A stretch of 64,000 bases of DNA from a virus (taxonomy: Duplodnaviria; Heunggongvirae; Uroviricota; Caudoviricetes), in the IMG/VR virus record IMGVR_UViG_3300044878_000059, positions 64,001-128,000 of that record. One strand, given 5' to 3'. Position numbers and translations under genes: made by a program. Positions 7,242 to 17,028 of this stretch are shown here, piece after piece. Below the pieces are notes generated by a model. That model worked only from the letters and a program-made list of their open reading frames with translations, was not told where the DNA came from and did no database searches. Within the stretch, counting starts at the first letter, position 1; every line of letters begins with the position of its first letter.

Positions 7242-8021
7242 TTAGTTGCGTGCAGTCGAAATAAGGCGTTTGCCCACTTCGTACCAGTGTTTGGCCTGAT
7301 CGAATACGTTACCGTCGCTATCGTCGGTAGATTCTTTAGTCACGGCTCGTTTGAATTTGAAAGTTACGTCAAATGTCGCCAGTTCGTTATTTGTATCATA
7401 GCTAAGGTTCAGTTCTGACACTCTGACCGGGAATGCTTCCGCAATCTCAGAAATGCTGGTCATTTCACCTTGGCGGTTGTAATACTTGACAACGATGTTC
7501 GCGACATAGGTGTCATAGAACCCGAACTTGTTGTTGTCCATGTTGTTGGCTCTGTTCATCCAGTCCAAGAAGAACTGACGTTCCTTTTGTGTTGGAGACA
7601 TGATGAACGTACATACAAACGGTTCGAACTCGCTACCGTTTACCATGCTATGTCCGATCTGATCCTGATAGGTATCAGCGGTTAGAAGCGTTCTGCCGGG
7701 TACTGCAACTGACTTAACGTACATGCCCAAGTCGTATGGGTATTGCAGGTATTTATCAAGCATGGTTCCCAAACCAACCGCCCGAAGGATTTCCGGCGAG
7801 AAAAACCCTGTCAAATGACGTGCCGGTTCGATACGGGATAGAACTTCTTTTGTTACAGCATCGGTAACGGATCGAAATAGACTTGAAGAAAATAGGCCGC
7901 TGGTTGCGGCCCCTGTAGGCTTTGTACCGATCTTCTGTGGAAATTCGACCTTGAACAAGTTTGTTCGCCCAAGGTCTTCTTTCAACACAGCCGCACGGAA
8001 TCTGTCGATATCCATTGTCAT
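7242..8021 (-). CDS. 54: baseplate tail tube initiator (T4 gp54)
   Basis: DLGRTNLFKVEF...ELNLSYDTNNELATFDVTF. Confidence 0.8.
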   Translation of the reverse strand: MTMDIDRFRAAVLKEDLGRTNLFKVEFPQKIGTKPTGAATSGLFSSSLFRSVTDAVTKEVLSRIEPARHLTGFFSPEILRAVGLGTMLDKYLQYPYDLGMYVKSVAVPGRTLLTADTYQDQIGHSMVNGSEFEPFVCTFIMSPTQKERQFFLDWMNRANNMDNNKFGFYDTYVANIVVKYYNRQGEMTSISEIAEAFPVRVSELNLSYDTNNELATFDVTFKFKRAVTKESTDDSDGNVFDQAKHWYEVGKRLISTARN

Positions 8022-8623
8022 TAGTGTGTTTTTCCGTCTGCCCAGACTTTACGTGCAGAGTAACGCTTGCCGTTTTTGTCGAGGAATTGTTGTGTTGGTA
8101 GGTAAACAGTGTTCGCCCATTGGGTCGGGCTGATTTCAACCATCTTGCCTTTCACACGGGATCGGATGTAAAGCTTGATCATCTTGTCAGCACCCGGATA
8201 TTTTTTTACTGCCGCCCAATTGATCTTGAACTTGGCTCTAGGGCCGATGGTCTTTTGATTCAATAGGCGTGGGTTTGCGGCTAGAAGCTTTTCCAAGAAG
8301 ACTTGGCGAAGCTTAGGTGCGACGTAGTGAAGGTTCAGACCCAATTGATATTCAGCGTTCACGTCCAGCATGATCACCAACGGGAACTTATCCCAGTATT
8401 TCAATTTGTCTTTGTACTTGGCGTCATACACATAGGTGTACATCTTGCCGACTTCTGGTTTCGCACCTACTTTCGTCAGTGGAATGTTCCGTACTGTAGC
8501 TTCAAACCACTTAACGCTTTTGTTGTTCTTCGCGGCGTTTGGCAATGGTGCCATTGCGGTCATCTGGGAACGGAACTGTTCCACCAATGTTGGTTCTTTA
8601 CGAACCCTTTGCTTAACGGGCAT
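8021..8623 (-). CDS. 2: DNA end protector (T4 gp2)
   Basis: GKMYTYVYDAKYKDKLKYWDKFPL, GLNLHY. Confidence 0.92.
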   Translation of the reverse strand: MPVKQRVRKEPTLVEQFRSQMTAMAPLPNAAKNNKSVKWFEATVRNIPLTKVGAKPEVGKMYTYVYDAKYKDKLKYWDKFPLVIMLDVNAEYQLGLNLHYVAPKLRQVFLEKLLAANPRLLNQKTIGPRAKFKINWAAVKKYPGADKMIKLYIRSRVKGKMVEISPTQWANTVYLPTQQFLDKNGKRYSARKVWADGKTH

Positions 8624-9074
8624 GGATTATTCCATATTTGACTAATGCTTTTTCGGTCAGGACTTTGAATATCCAACCGCGTTCTTTCGCATAGGCATCG
8701 GCAGTAATCCATTTAGCTCTGTTCTTATCATAAGTGAAACAGGCTTCTAGATGTCTGGCTTTACTTGCTGGGGTAATTCGTTTTGGTGGTTTGGGAATCT
8801 GCGTTTCTTCAAACGGCTTAACTTCCCAAAGATACGTGATACCGTTTTCCAGTTCGACATAGAAGTCCATGAAGTAACGGTGCATTCGTTGGTCGTTTGG
8901 GTCACGGTAAGGAATAACGATTTCTTCCGAACTCCATTTCTTAACGGTGGGTGTGTAATCACACCATTTCATTACGGCCAATTCCCAAGAACTTCGGTAT
9001 GTGATTTTCTCAGCATTTCCTTTGTACTTGTGTTTGTTATGAGGCACGTAACCACCTCTATATGTTCCTGCCAT
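8613..9074 (-). CDS. 4: head completion nuclease (T4 gp4)
   Basis: KYKGNAEKITYRSSWE, WSSEEIVIPY, YFMDF, EVKP. Confidence 0.93.
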   Translation of the reverse strand: MAGTYRGGYVPHNKHKYKGNAEKITYRSSWELAVMKWCDYTPTVKKWSSEEIVIPYRDPNDQRMHRYFMDFYVELENGITYLWEVKPFEETQIPKPPKRITPASKARHLEACFTYDKNRAKWITADAYAKERGWIFKVLTEKALVKYGIIHAR

Positions 9075-9085
9075 ATATCAACCTC

Positions 9086-9093
9086 TATAAATA
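9086..9093 (+). promoter_or_regulatory. T4-type late promoter TATAAATA
   Basis: Exact consensus upstream of gene 48. Confidence 0.85.
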
Positions 9094-9105
9094 CATCATA
9101 TCACT

Positions 9106-9125
9106 TATTTACTAAGGTATTTATT
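9106..9125 (-). promoter_or_regulatory. late promoter candidates for the divergent gene 4 operon
   Basis: Two TAAATA cores on the minus strand (AATAAATA, AGTAAATA). Confidence 0.55.
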
Positions 9126-9126
9126 C

Positions 9127-10035
9127 ATGTTTGAATTTGACAAAATGGCATCAGACCTAGAGGGTAAGGCAACTAGCTTTGTCAAATCGGGTGTGAGCGA
9201 ACTAAGCGCACTTAACAAAAAATACAACCCATTCGCTGCCGGTGGTGGCGGTGCCGGTCGTACCGGTGGTATTTGGCGTTATCCACTAACAATTGCGGAT
9301 CAACAGCACACATCGAGACTGGTATTCACTGCTACATCGTCCATTGAAGGCGACTCCCCGGATGCAGGCCGCTCTAAGGCGTTCGGTAACGTCAAGGGCT
9401 TGAAGTTCAGAGATACCGGTGCAGTGTTCCTGTACATGCCCAAACTGCAACAGGCGTACACACAGAACTATTCCGAGGAAGGTCGTGGTTTGATCTGGCA
9501 ACTGGCTAAAGCGTTCAACTCTGCCGGTGGTATCGATAAGTTCGGTGATGCATCTGCCGCTGCGTTGAAAACTGGTGTTACCGCTGGTATCCAAGCCATC
9601 GCCCCGAACTTGGTACGTGACTTTTACCAGAACGTGAAAAACCAATACATGTCGTCACACTTCACCGGTACGCAACTGCGTAAACAGAAGTTCGACTTTG
9701 AATTGCGTCCACGTAATGAGGAAGAACTATTTCAAATCGCCGGTATCCTACAGTTCTTCAAAGCCAACTCTGCTACATCGTTGGTGAACGGCGGTGACTT
9801 GCTGACTACCCCATGTCGCTGGATCATCGAAGAAGTGTCAACAAACTATGCCGGACGACATATCGCACCGTTCAGATTTGGCCCTGCGTATCTGGTAGAT
9901 GTCCAAATCGACAAAACCCCGGATGGTCAGTGGAAAACGTTTGAAAACGGTGACCCGATTGCAATCAACCTGACCCTAGAGTTCATGGAAATCACCATTG
10001 TTACTAGGGATGACATCGAGAAACTTGGTCTATGA
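9127..10035 (+). CDS. 48: baseplate tail tube cap (T4 gp48)
   Basis: RKQKFDFELRPRNEEE, FGPAYLVDVQIDKTPDG, LTLEFME. Confidence 0.88.
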   Translation: MFEFDKMASDLEGKATSFVKSGVSELSALNKKYNPFAAGGGGAGRTGGIWRYPLTIADQQHTSRLVFTATSSIEGDSPDAGRSKAFGNVKGLKFRDTGAVFLYMPKLQQAYTQNYSEEGRGLIWQLAKAFNSAGGIDKFGDASAAALKTGVTAGIQAIAPNLVRDFYQNVKNQYMSSHFTGTQLRKQKFDFELRPRNEEELFQIAGILQFFKANSATSLVNGGDLLTTPCRWIIEEVSTNYAGRHIAPFRFGPAYLVDVQIDKTPDGQWKTFENGDPIAINLTLEFMEITIVTRDDIEKLGL

Positions 10036-10589
10036 TTCTAAACAAATTCCCTGCGATTGATTATGACGGCTACAAAATCCCAAATTTGATGGTGAACTTG
10101 GGATTGACTTACGATCTGATCAAAGCGCAATTCACGCATCGCAGTTATACAATCATCGGTTCCCCACGCCCTGAACAACTATCGTACCGAATCTACCGCA
10201 CCCCGGACTATGAATGGGTACTGTTGTTGATCAACGGTATCATCGATCCGTGGTATGGCTGGATGAAAGAAGATGAAGTTGTTCGTGCGTATGCTGATAA
10301 GAAATACGCCAACTTCGGCGGGCCAAATGGTGTTCATCACTACTACGACCCAATCACCGAAGAAGAATATTTCAATCTGCACCGACCAGACCCGGATGTT
10401 GACGACTGGTACAACACCCTCGACACCGATAAGGCTGCGTTGCAGTTCCAAGGTCAGTTGATCCCGGTAACAAACGTTGAATTTGAAATCAACGAGAATG
10501 AGAAACTTCGTAAGATAAAGATCATTCCGCCAGAAGAAATTCGTGCGTTTGCTGAAACATTTGAGAGAGTACAGAATGGGCGTAGCTAA
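10032..10589 (+). CDS. 53: baseplate wedge subunit (T4 gp53)
   Basis: RPEQLSYRIYRTPDYEWVLLLINGIIDP (LysM-like), ENEKLRKIKII. Confidence 0.9.
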   Translation: MILNKFPAIDYDGYKIPNLMVNLGLTYDLIKAQFTHRSYTIIGSPRPEQLSYRIYRTPDYEWVLLLINGIIDPWYGWMKEDEVVRAYADKKYANFGGPNGVHHYYDPITEEEYFNLHRPDPDVDDWYNTLDTDKAALQFQGQLIPVTNVEFEINENEKLRKIKIIPPEEIRAFAETFERVQNGRS

Positions 10590-11799
10590 TAACATTCAGG
10601 CACCGTCTACAAGTCACATCATCAATTACTGTACGCTGATCAACTACAAAGATCAGAAGTATGATGTGACTAAGATTATGCAGAAGTTGATGATCTATGA
10701 AGATTTGATCAACAAAGGTTACCAGCATGGAACTATTTCTATGCTGGATGACAACGCATTGCACTTGAACTTGCCGATCATCGGTCAGGAATGGCTTGAA
10801 GTTTCATTCAAGACCAGACTTGACGGTGGTTATGTCGGTAAAGACGAATTCGTTAAGAAATACAAGATCGTTTCGATTGATGACTTATCCAAGCAGAAAG
10901 ACAACGACAACCAAGTATTGGTTCTGAACTTCGTATCGGAAGGCTTCTGGATGTCTGAAACACATCTGTTCTCGAAGTCCTATGCACAAACCCTGACATC
11001 CGATCTGGTAACCGACTTGATGGAAAACGGGCTGGGATTGAAGGTCGAAGTTGAACCGACCCTGTACCCGCGTAACTGGGTTATCCCGAACATCCAAGCG
11101 TTCGACTTCATCTATCGTTTAACCAACGAATCGACCAGCAAAGACAACCTGTCTTCTGACTACCGATTCTACGAAAACATTGATGGGTTCCACTTCAAAT
11201 CCCTGTACACATTGGCCCAAGCCGATTTCAAACAGCGACTGAACGTAAACGCCGATAGCGTTACTGAATACGACCGTTTGAAAACAGACGATCACAAGAA
11301 AGACACCCACTTTGACATCGAACGTCAGGCTCGCGGTGGACTGCAAGTAACCATTGACGAACTGGATACGATCCAGAAACGAACAATCCGATCCCAGATG
11401 GATTACACCGGGTTCCGAACTGCGTTTAAGGGAATGAACCCACAACCAATTTATCTAGGTGAATTGGATTATCCAAAGGATATGTACTACCGAATCAGTT
11501 CTGGTAACCAAGCTTATCAGGCGAACCGTGAAACTGATATCAACCAACGTGTAAAGCGTGTGATGAACAGAACTTTGATGGAAGCAACTATTGCTACCGT
11601 GAAGCTTCCGGGCAACATCGACTTGAAACTTGGTGATACGGTCTATTTCGATTTCTCGTATCACGGCCAAATCGACCAGACGACTACTGGTAAGTATCTG
11701 ATCTGCAAAATCAAACATGAAATTGCACAGAACTCATATTCAATGACATTGAACATCCGCAAGGATTCCAATATTCAAGGTGAGAAAGTTGAAAGCTGA
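10576..11799 (+). CDS. 27: baseplate hub protein (T4 gp27-like)
   Basis: IYEDL, FYENIDGFHF, LPGNIDLKLGD, GKYLICKIKH; start trimmed to ATG 10576. Confidence 0.75.
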   Translation: MGVANNIQAPSTSHIINYCTLINYKDQKYDVTKIMQKLMIYEDLINKGYQHGTISMLDDNALHLNLPIIGQEWLEVSFKTRLDGGYVGKDEFVKKYKIVSIDDLSKQKDNDNQVLVLNFVSEGFWMSETHLFSKSYAQTLTSDLVTDLMENGLGLKVEVEPTLYPRNWVIPNIQAFDFIYRLTNESTSKDNLSSDYRFYENIDGFHFKSLYTLAQADFKQRLNVNADSVTEYDRLKTDDHKKDTHFDIERQARGGLQVTIDELDTIQKRTIRSQMDYTGFRTAFKGMNPQPIYLGELDYPKDMYYRISSGNQAYQANRETDINQRVKRVMNRTLMEATIATVKLPGNIDLKLGDTVYFDFSYHGQIDQTTTGKYLICKIKHEIAQNSYSMTLNIRKDSNIQGEKVES

Positions 11800-13051
11800 T
11801 AATATTTTTGAGTTGTATTGGTTCTTCGGAAAGGTAGAAGACAGAAACGACCCAATGGAACTTGGTCGCCTGCGCGTTCGCGTGTACGGCGTCCACACCC
11901 CGGACAAGGTAAAAGACCAGTTCAAGGGTATTCCGACTGAGGAACTGTTGTGGTCGCAGCCGGTGAACGGGATTACTTCTGCCGCAATGAACGGTATCGG
12001 TGAGTCTCCAAGCGGCTGTGTTGAGGGTACGATGGTTTTCGGGTTCTTCCTTGACGGACGCCTAGCCCAAGACCCATTCATCCTAGGAACGCTTGCAGGG
12101 ATTCCCGTAGACGGTGCCAATCCATCCGAAGGGTTCAACGACCCAAAAGGTGTTTACCCAAAGTACCTGAACGAATCCGACGTTAGCCGTCTGGCTCGAA
12201 CCGCGTACATGACCCACCCCGGCCTAGCCAACAAGTTCAACAACATGATCAAAGACATTCCATCGGGAGCTGATCAGATTGCGAACACTGGCGTTAAAGG
12301 TAGTACCGATAAAGCCGGTACAAAATGGAGTGAGCCAGCCCCGGCAGCCGCACCGCGTTATCCGTACAACCATGTTCGCGAAACAGAATCCGGTCACGTT
12401 GAAGAATACGACGACTCGCCGGGTGCAGAGCGTATGCATTGGATGCATGGGCCGTCAGGAACTTATGAAGAATGGCGTCCAGATGGTTCAGTTTCCGCAA
12501 AAACAAACGGTGATGAAACTTACCTAGTTGTTGGAAACAGAAAGATCATGGTTGGTGGTGACCAACAAATTACCATCGTCGGTAATGCCAAGATTCTGGT
12601 TCAGGGCAACTTGAACGAACAAGTAAACGGCAACGTCCAACGCTTTGTAAAAGGCAACGTGACAGAAAAGATCGAGGGTAATTTCTCCCGCGATGTTCTG
12701 GGTGAAAGTTTCACCAACGTTCAAGGCAACGTGGTTCAACGTGACGGTTCGAACAGAACAGAATTCACCGCGATAAACAAGACTAGCACCGTAGGTGCAA
12801 ACAACTCGGAAACTATCAACGGTAAGAACTCGGTTTCATGTTTGGGTGATTGGACGGTAACAGCCGCAACCAAGTACACGCACATTACCGGTGGCAACCA
12901 CGCACAACTGATCAGCGGCAACTACAGTATCAACGTAGCTTCGGCATACGGTTTGGCAACTGCTCAATTCAGTGTTGGTGTTGCTGGCTCTGCAACGATT
13001 GATGCAACTGGCCCTGCAACCATCATGGGTTCGAGAATTGATCTTAACTAA
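11780..13051 (+). CDS. 5: baseplate central spike gp5 without a lysozyme domain
   Basis: OB-fold WFFGKVEDRNDPMELGRLRVR, YPYNHVRETESGHVEEYDD, 8-residue beta-helix repeats, C-terminal GSRIDLN. Confidence 0.92.
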   Translation: MRKLKADNIFELYWFFGKVEDRNDPMELGRLRVRVYGVHTPDKVKDQFKGIPTEELLWSQPVNGITSAAMNGIGESPSGCVEGTMVFGFFLDGRLAQDPFILGTLAGIPVDGANPSEGFNDPKGVYPKYLNESDVSRLARTAYMTHPGLANKFNNMIKDIPSGADQIANTGVKGSTDKAGTKWSEPAPAAAPRYPYNHVRETESGHVEEYDDSPGAERMHWMHGPSGTYEEWRPDGSVSAKTNGDETYLVVGNRKIMVGGDQQITIVGNAKILVQGNLNEQVNGNVQRFVKGNVTEKIEGNFSRDVLGESFTNVQGNVVQRDGSNRTEFTAINKTSTVGANNSETINGKNSVSCLGDWTVTAATKYTHITGGNHAQLISGNYSINVASAYGLATAQFSVGVAGSATIDATGPATIMGSRIDLN

Positions 13052-13059
13052 GGTGACAT

Positions 13060-13749
13060 ATGACGGATTTACCGGGACTGCCTAATTGGCAGGATATGGA
13101 ATCAGCGTGTCCCGGTCTGGGGGATTTGGTCGATAAGGTCACATCCGCCGCTGGCCGTGCCGTTGATTCGATTGTAAGTAGTATCACAAATAGCCCGACC
13201 GCTGGCACAGCCGGTGGTATCGCGGCAAAAATCAGTGCATCTGTTTCTGCTGTAAAGGCCGAAGCCGAAGCATTGATGGAAAAGGCTAAAGGTGCAGTTG
13301 CCGAAGTTGAACAGACCCTGCAAGAGTTTGCAATGGAAGTTCAAGGACGAATTGAAGAACTGCAAGCCAACATTGAACAATGGATGATCGAACTGCAAAC
13401 GGCTGTAGGTGAAATCCGCGACCAGTTGCTAGCCAAGATCGCAGAAGCCGAAGGGTTTATAGATGACAAAATCGAAGAACTTCGTGCAGCACTTCCAGCA
13501 TGGTTGAACAAATCGCCGGAAGAACTGTTGAACGATGTTATCAACGGTATATGTGACCCGGATGTAAGCGAGCTAGGAAAACCAACAGAAGGCACCGCAA
13601 AGAAAATGGTGCCATCGGAAGCCCCTGCTGTTAACCCGGCTGGAACAGAAGTAGAGGTATTCGTACCGCCTGCTAAGCCACCGCTGCAAGTTAACCCGAT
13701 TGTGCCAGACCCATTATATATTGATCCAGAAACAGGTGTGACCCCTTAA
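13060..13749 (+). CDS. hypothetical helical protein between gp5 and PAAR
   Basis: 229 aa ORF with RBS; amphipathic helices and a Pro-rich tail. Confidence 0.75.
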   Translation: MTDLPGLPNWQDMESACPGLGDLVDKVTSAAGRAVDSIVSSITNSPTAGTAGGIAAKISASVSAVKAEAEALMEKAKGAVAEVEQTLQEFAMEVQGRIEELQANIEQWMIELQTAVGEIRDQLLAKIAEAEGFIDDKIEELRAALPAWLNKSPEELLNDVINGICDPDVSELGKPTEGTAKKMVPSEAPAVNPAGTEVEVFVPPAKPPLQVNPIVPDPLYIDPETGVTP

Positions 13750-14753
13750 TGACAAATGTAACCCGCGTAGGTGATACCTGCGTTCCCGGCCCCGGTGGTG
13801 GCATTGCAACCAATGCTGCTACAGGCTCGCCAAACGTTTTTGCAAACAAACTCAAAGTTCATCGCGTGAATGATTCGTGGATTCTGCCTAACTCAAACCA
13901 CAAAACTATCACCGGTTCTCCATCGGTTTTTATCAATAAAATCCAAGTGGCAAGAGTGTTTGATACAACCAACACGGGTTCCATTATCAATGTTGGTTCA
14001 CCCAACGTCTACGCCAATGAATCGTTCGTGACCGTAGCCGGTGTGACAATTCCATCAAACCAGAACTCATTTAAGAACGCCGAACCCCTGATTGATAACG
14101 TCGGGCATTCGGGTATCGACGATGAATTCGAAGTCAACTCAGGATCAGACGTGTATCCACCATTACCTCAAACAACTCCACCGGCACCGATCCCGCCGAA
14201 AGAGATTGAACATGATGACGATGAACGCCCAGCCGAGCCACCAGCACCACCGGTATCTGACTGTTCGTTGATTACCCTGCCGATCAACTACGACTTCCAA
14301 CTAAGCCCGAACTTCAAACTTCGCAACTTCTCAATCAATTGTATCTTTCCTCATACGATCAAATCCCAGAACGGTTTAACCGAAGCTGAAATCGTCTGTA
14401 ACTTGAAAGCATTGGCTGAACGTGTTGTTGAACCGATTCGTGCGCAGTTCGGTACGTTCCGTATCAACTCTGGTTTCCGAACCAGACAGAACGGCAAAAG
14501 TCAACATGAGAAAGGTCAGGCGTGCGACATCCAGTTCCCGAACATGAGTTACAACCAGATGTTTGCGGTTGCTCAATGGATCAAAGAGAACATCAATTAC
14601 GATCAACTGTTGTGGGAACACGGCAACCGTCCGTGGATTCATGTTTCATTCAACCGTGCTGGCAATCGTTCTAAGAGTGCATCAAACGCGGTAATGACAA
14701 TGTATCAAAACCATTTTTCACCGGGTTTGAAAAAAATCGCCGGATACAGTTGA
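13749..14753 (+). CDS. PAAR spike-tip protein fused to a peptidase M15A (Zn D-Ala-D-Ala type) domain
   Basis: N-terminal TRVGD...TGSPNVFAN...TGSPSVFIN...VARVFD; C-terminal NSGFR, SQHEKGQACD, WIHVSF. Confidence 0.88.
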   Translation: MTNVTRVGDTCVPGPGGGIATNAATGSPNVFANKLKVHRVNDSWILPNSNHKTITGSPSVFINKIQVARVFDTTNTGSIINVGSPNVYANESFVTVAGVTIPSNQNSFKNAEPLIDNVGHSGIDDEFEVNSGSDVYPPLPQTTPPAPIPPKEIEHDDDERPAEPPAPPVSDCSLITLPINYDFQLSPNFKLRNFSINCIFPHTIKSQNGLTEAEIVCNLKALAERVVEPIRAQFGTFRINSGFRTRQNGKSQHEKGQACDIQFPNMSYNQMFAVAQWIKENINYDQLLWEHGNRPWIHVSFNRAGNRSKSASNAVMTMYQNHFSPGLKKIAGYS

Positions 14754-14759
14754 TAAATA
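14752..14759 (+). promoter_or_regulatory. late promoter candidate (GATAAATA)
   Basis: TAAATA core just upstream of gene 25. Confidence 0.55.
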
Positions 14760-14775
14760 AGACAACAGAGGAACC

Positions 14776-15177
14776 ATGATGACTACCGCCATCTATGCAG
14801 ACATTAGAAAGAACATGTTGATGGATTCACTGACAAACGACGTTTCGGTTGCAGTGAATGATCAAGCTATTAAAGATTCGGTATTGAACCTAGTCATGAC
14901 CACCAGAGGCGAGCGATTGTATCAACCGGAAATCGGCGGCAATATCTCGACTCTGTTATTTGAATTGATGTCGCCGGATACGACATACCTATTGCAGCGT
15001 GCTATTCAGGAGGTAATTACCAACTGGGAGCCAAGGGCAATACTTGAAGTGGTCGATGTCCTAGCGGATTACGATAACAATTCATATGCAATCACGATCC
15101 GATTCTACACTAAATATAACCTTGAGGTATCACAATCTGTAAATGTGAACCTTGCATCTAAGGCACAGGCTACATGA
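14776..15177 (+). CDS. 25: baseplate wedge subunit (T4 gp25)
   Basis: AIKDSVLNLVMTTRGERLYQPEIG, NWEPRA. Confidence 0.93.
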   Translation: MMTTAIYADIRKNMLMDSLTNDVSVAVNDQAIKDSVLNLVMTTRGERLYQPEIGGNISTLLFELMSPDTTYLLQRAIQEVITNWEPRAILEVVDVLADYDNNSYAITIRFYTKYNLEVSQSVNVNLASKAQAT

Positions 15178-17018
15178 TCAACAAAGACTTTTCAGCCTTA
15201 ACGTTCCAAGACGTTAAAGCCCGCATCATTGACCACTTCAAAAACAGTGATGCATTCAAAGATTACGATTTCGTTGGGTCGCGACTGAACACATTGATCG
15301 ACGGTCTGGCCTATGCGGCATTGTATCAAGGTACATTCGCAAACGCTGCACTGTTTGAAAGCTTCCTACAATCCGCCCGTACTCGCGGTGCTGTGGTTCT
15401 AGCTGCACAGAACTTGGGTTACATCCCGGCTTCTATGCGCGGTTCAAGCGTCAATCTACCGATCACCATGACTTACAACCAACCGGGTAACAAACCACTG
15501 TCTGTTAAAATCCCGTTCGGTTTCAAGTTCTTCGGTACAATCGGGGATTCGAAATATGAATTTGTAACGTTCAAAGAAAACATCCTGACTAGAAACACAG
15601 CCGGTACTTACGTCGGTGTGATTACTCCGGTACAGGGTAAGATTGTAAGACAACAATACACATGGGCCAACGGCCTGCGTATCTTCATTCGTGACCAAAC
15701 GATTGACCGTAGATATATCCGAGTTCGTGTCAACGGTGCTGAATACACCAAAGCCGGGAACGCCGCTCGCGTATCTTCAACTGACGCTGTTTACTACTTC
15801 CGTGAAACCCTCGAAGGTTACACTGAACTGTACTTCGGTGCCGGTACTCTGGAACAGATTGATGGTCAACCGGATTTGGAATCGTATGTTGGTGGATTGA
15901 AGCCATCTGTAGGACAACCAATCGTTGTTGAATACCTGTCTGTTAAAGGTGCAGCCGCGAACGGTGTTAAAACATTCAAGTCGGTAGACTCGGTGCCGAA
16001 CTTCAACGTAGCCATTACACTTGCCGATGACGAACAGTCTAGCGGTGGTGGTGACAAAGAAGACATCGAACGTATCCGTACAGTAGCCCCGAAGGTTTTC
16101 GAGTCTCAGGGACGCTGTGTGACCGCACAGGACTATGAAGCATTCGTGTTGAAAGAGTTCGGGTCGATTGTTGATGCTATCCGCTGCTGGGGTGATAACA
16201 CCAAGCCGGGTTATGCGTTCATCGCGATCAAGCCGGTTGGTGCATTGTCTATGAACAAAGCCCAGAAAGATGCGATTGAAGAATTTCTGAAACAGTACAA
16301 CGTCGTGACCATTAGTCCGAAAGTTGTTACCCCAGATTATTTGTTCATCGAACATACAATTGAATGTGACTACAAAGTTACCGAACTGAACGTATCGGAA
16401 GATGAATTGTTCAACAGTATCTTGGGTCAAGTTGCCCAATACTACAGCGACAACATCACCGCGTTTTCTTCGAGCTTCCACGTTTCGAAACTGTTGGCTT
16501 ATATCGACAACACAAACACTGCAATTCTTGGTTCTGCGTGCGATATTCGTATGATCAAGGAACAGGAAGACAACTACCTGACCCCAGCGGCTGGTATCGA
16601 CTTCTTGAACACAATACAAACCCGTAAATTTGTTAGTTCGGACATCGGATTCAAAAAGAATCCAAACGATATCTACAACGTTCAATTGCGTGGTACTGAT
16701 TCCGGCAAGCTGGTAATCGGCCCATTCAAACCGGGTGCAATTTCGATTGCTGCTTATACCGCACAAGATTTTGATCGTGCTGGTACTGCACCAAACAACT
16801 TGTACTACAGCGTTGGAACCATCGACTATGTAACCGGCAACATCTATTACAACCTAGCTGCGTTAGGTGAAGTTCGGGATAACTTTACAGTCTCTGTGTT
16901 GCGTTTGTACGCGACTCCGGCTGAAACCGATATCTACACCAAGAACGGCTCTTTGATCGTGTATGAACCACTTCTAAGACCGTCCTATATCGCTTTGACG
17001 ATTAATCCGATTCTGTAA
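15174..17018 (+). CDS. 6: baseplate wedge subunit (T4 gp6)
   Basis: FKDYDFVGSRL, FLQSARTRGAV, QGRCVTAQDYE. Confidence 0.93.
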   Translation: MINKDFSALTFQDVKARIIDHFKNSDAFKDYDFVGSRLNTLIDGLAYAALYQGTFANAALFESFLQSARTRGAVVLAAQNLGYIPASMRGSSVNLPITMTYNQPGNKPLSVKIPFGFKFFGTIGDSKYEFVTFKENILTRNTAGTYVGVITPVQGKIVRQQYTWANGLRIFIRDQTIDRRYIRVRVNGAEYTKAGNAARVSSTDAVYYFRETLEGYTELYFGAGTLEQIDGQPDLESYVGGLKPSVGQPIVVEYLSVKGAAANGVKTFKSVDSVPNFNVAITLADDEQSSGGGDKEDIERIRTVAPKVFESQGRCVTAQDYEAFVLKEFGSIVDAIRCWGDNTKPGYAFIAIKPVGALSMNKAQKDAIEEFLKQYNVVTISPKVVTPDYLFIEHTIECDYKVTELNVSEDELFNSILGQVAQYYSDNITAFSSSFHVSKLLAYIDNTNTAILGSACDIRMIKEQEDNYLTPAAGIDFLNTIQTRKFVSSDIGFKKNPNDIYNVQLRGTDSGKLVIGPFKPGAISIAAYTAQDFDRAGTAPNNLYYSVGTIDYVTGNIYYNLAALGEVRDNFTVSVLRLYATPAETDIYTKNGSLIVYEPLLRPSYIALTINPIL

Positions 17019-17028
17019 TGGTAAACAA

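Noticed and set aside
15777-16766. Long antisense ORFs (also 32583-33761, 38876-40489, 44823-46496, 52991-54547, 61316-62425, 62469-63764)
   Set aside because: Shadows of strongly codon-biased real genes on the opposite strand; no RBS or recognisable domains.
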